Positions 36,157 through 37,185 of a stretch of 37,185 bases of DNA are shown here, in pieces. This stretch comes from Oscillospiraceae bacterium. Its GTDB lineage: Bacteria; Bacillota; Clostridia; Oscillospirales; Oscillospiraceae. Numbering within the stretch: position 1 is the stretch's first letter; every line of letters starts with the position of its first letter. Location of the stretch: NCBI GenBank assembly GCA_017937415.1, contig JAGBDQ010000240.1:1-37185 (forward strand), read 5' to 3'. The notes beneath the pieces are model-generated. The model saw nothing but the letters and a program-made list of their open reading frames with translations. It was not told the origin of the DNA and did not search any database. A program made the translations under genes and the position numbers.

Positions 36157-37185
36157 TTACTTGAAATACCGGACGCCCGAGCGGAACAGGCCCATATCAA
36201 AATTACCGGGCACATTCTGATAGAGGGTCTTTCCCACCCGCTCGGAGTGGCCCATCTTGCCCAGCACCCGGCCGTCGGGGGAGGTGATGCCCTCGATGGC
36301 CAGGAAGCTGCCGTTGGGATTGAAGGCGGTATCCATGGTGGGGACTCCCTCCAGGTCCACGTACTGGGTGGCGATCTGCCCGGCAAGGGCCAGCTCCCGC
36401 AGAGTCTCCTCTGACGCGATGAACCGCCCTTCCCCGTGGGAGATGGGAACGCTGTAGATCTCCCCCACTCCGGCCTCCATAAGCCAGGGGGACAGGTTGG
36501 AGCACACCCGGGTACGGACAATGGAGGACTGGTGCCGTCCGATGGTGTTGTAAGTCAGGGTGGGGCTCTCCCCGGTCATATCCCGGATCTCCCCGTAGGG
36601 CACCAGTCCCAGCTTCACAAGGGCCTGGAAGCCGTTGCAGATGCCCAGCATGAGGCCGTCCCGGCGCTTCAGCAGGTCGTGGAGGGCGTCGGTGAGCCGG
36701 GGGTTCCGCAGGAAGGAGACAATAAACTTGGCGCTTCCCTCGGGCTCGTCGCCGCCCGAGAAGCCGCCGGGAAGGTAGACGATCTGAGCATTGCGGATGG
36801 CTTCCTCCAGCTTCAGGGCCGAATCCCGCAGGGCCTCCTGGCTCAGGTTGCGGATGACCACAGTCTCGGCCTCCATCCCGGCCTCCGCACAGGCCCGGGC
36901 CGAGTCATATTCGCAGTTGGTGCCGGGGAATACCGGGATCACCACCCGGGGTTTGGCAATACCGTGGCCCATGACGGTGGGGGTGGCCCTCGTCCAGGTG
37001 ATGGGCTCCACCTTTTCGGCTTTTCCAATGTGGGTGGGATATACGTCCTCCAGCACAGCCTCGTTGAGGCGCAGCAGCTCCTCAACGGGGGCAGTGTCAT
37101 CCCCCAGACCGATGACAGGCTCGGCGGTGGTGACGCCCACACGCTCGGCATAGGGGCAGTCAATGTCTTCGGTCAGTTCGGCCAC
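36157..37185 (-). CDS. purL: Phosphoribosylformylglycinamidine synthase (large fused PurL), C-terminal glutaminase domain; 5' part outside window
   Basis: FPGTNCEYD, LPGGFSGGD, catalytic GICNGFQAL, PISHGEG and KMGHSER motifs; the frame is open to the window edge. Confidence 0.95.
   Translation of the reverse strand: MAELTEDIDCPYAERVGVTTAEPVIGLGDDTAPVEELLRLNEAVLEDVYPTHIGKAEKVEPITWTRATPTVMGHGIAKPRVVIPVFPGTNCEYDSARACAEAGMEAETVVIRNLSQEALRDSALKLEEAIRNAQIVYLPGGFSGGDEPEGSAKFIVSFLRNPRLTDALHDLLKRRDGLMLGICNGFQALVKLGLVPYGEIRDMTGESPTLTYNTIGRHQSSIVRTRVCSNLSPWLMEAGVGEIYSVPISHGEGRFIASEETLRELALAGQIATQYVDLEGVPTMDTAFNPNGSFLAIEGITSPDGRVLGKMGHSERVGKTLYQNVPGNFDMGLFRSGVRYFK

Noticed and set aside
36144-36521. N-terminal 126-aa extension of the isomerase ORF given in the track
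   Set aside because: It overlaps the purL 3' end in another frame; a good RBS and family-typical start lie at 36143.
1-37185. Mobile element, prophage, DGR reverse transcriptase, tRNA or rRNA
   Set aside because: No integrase, transposase, RT, phage gene or structural RNA was recognisable in the window.

Overview
Chromosomal window from a high-GC Firmicute; an Oscillospiraceae/Clostridia-like origin is inferred from the fused PurL, sigma-A-type promoters and gene content. The dominant feature is absent from the supplied ORF track: one uninterrupted minus-strand reading frame from ATG 28536 that runs off the left edge, giving at least 9,512 codons with no stop in the window. Hand translation shows a Sec signal peptide, an acidic low-complexity N-terminal region, and 11 RCC1/BLIP-II-type beta-propeller blocks separated by Ig-like (Big_2-like) spacers. 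Many propellers carry inserts in their loops: Cys-rich zinc-ribbon-like modules, a ~390-aa Cys/aromatic domain, a ~200-aa helical domain, a ~345-aa acidic stalk with a 36-bp tandem repeat, and Tyr/Asn/Trp-rich loops. The long + strand ORFs over 19-28503 are antisense shadows of this gene. The right-hand 8.6 kb holds a cold-shock protein gene, an ABC ATPase plus FtsX-family permease with a long coiled coil, a divergent TetR regulator, a sugar-phosphate isomerase/epimerase-family gene and the 3' part of purL. A perfect parS site lies between the two ABC genes. All translations were done by eye, so internal domain boundaries are approximate.
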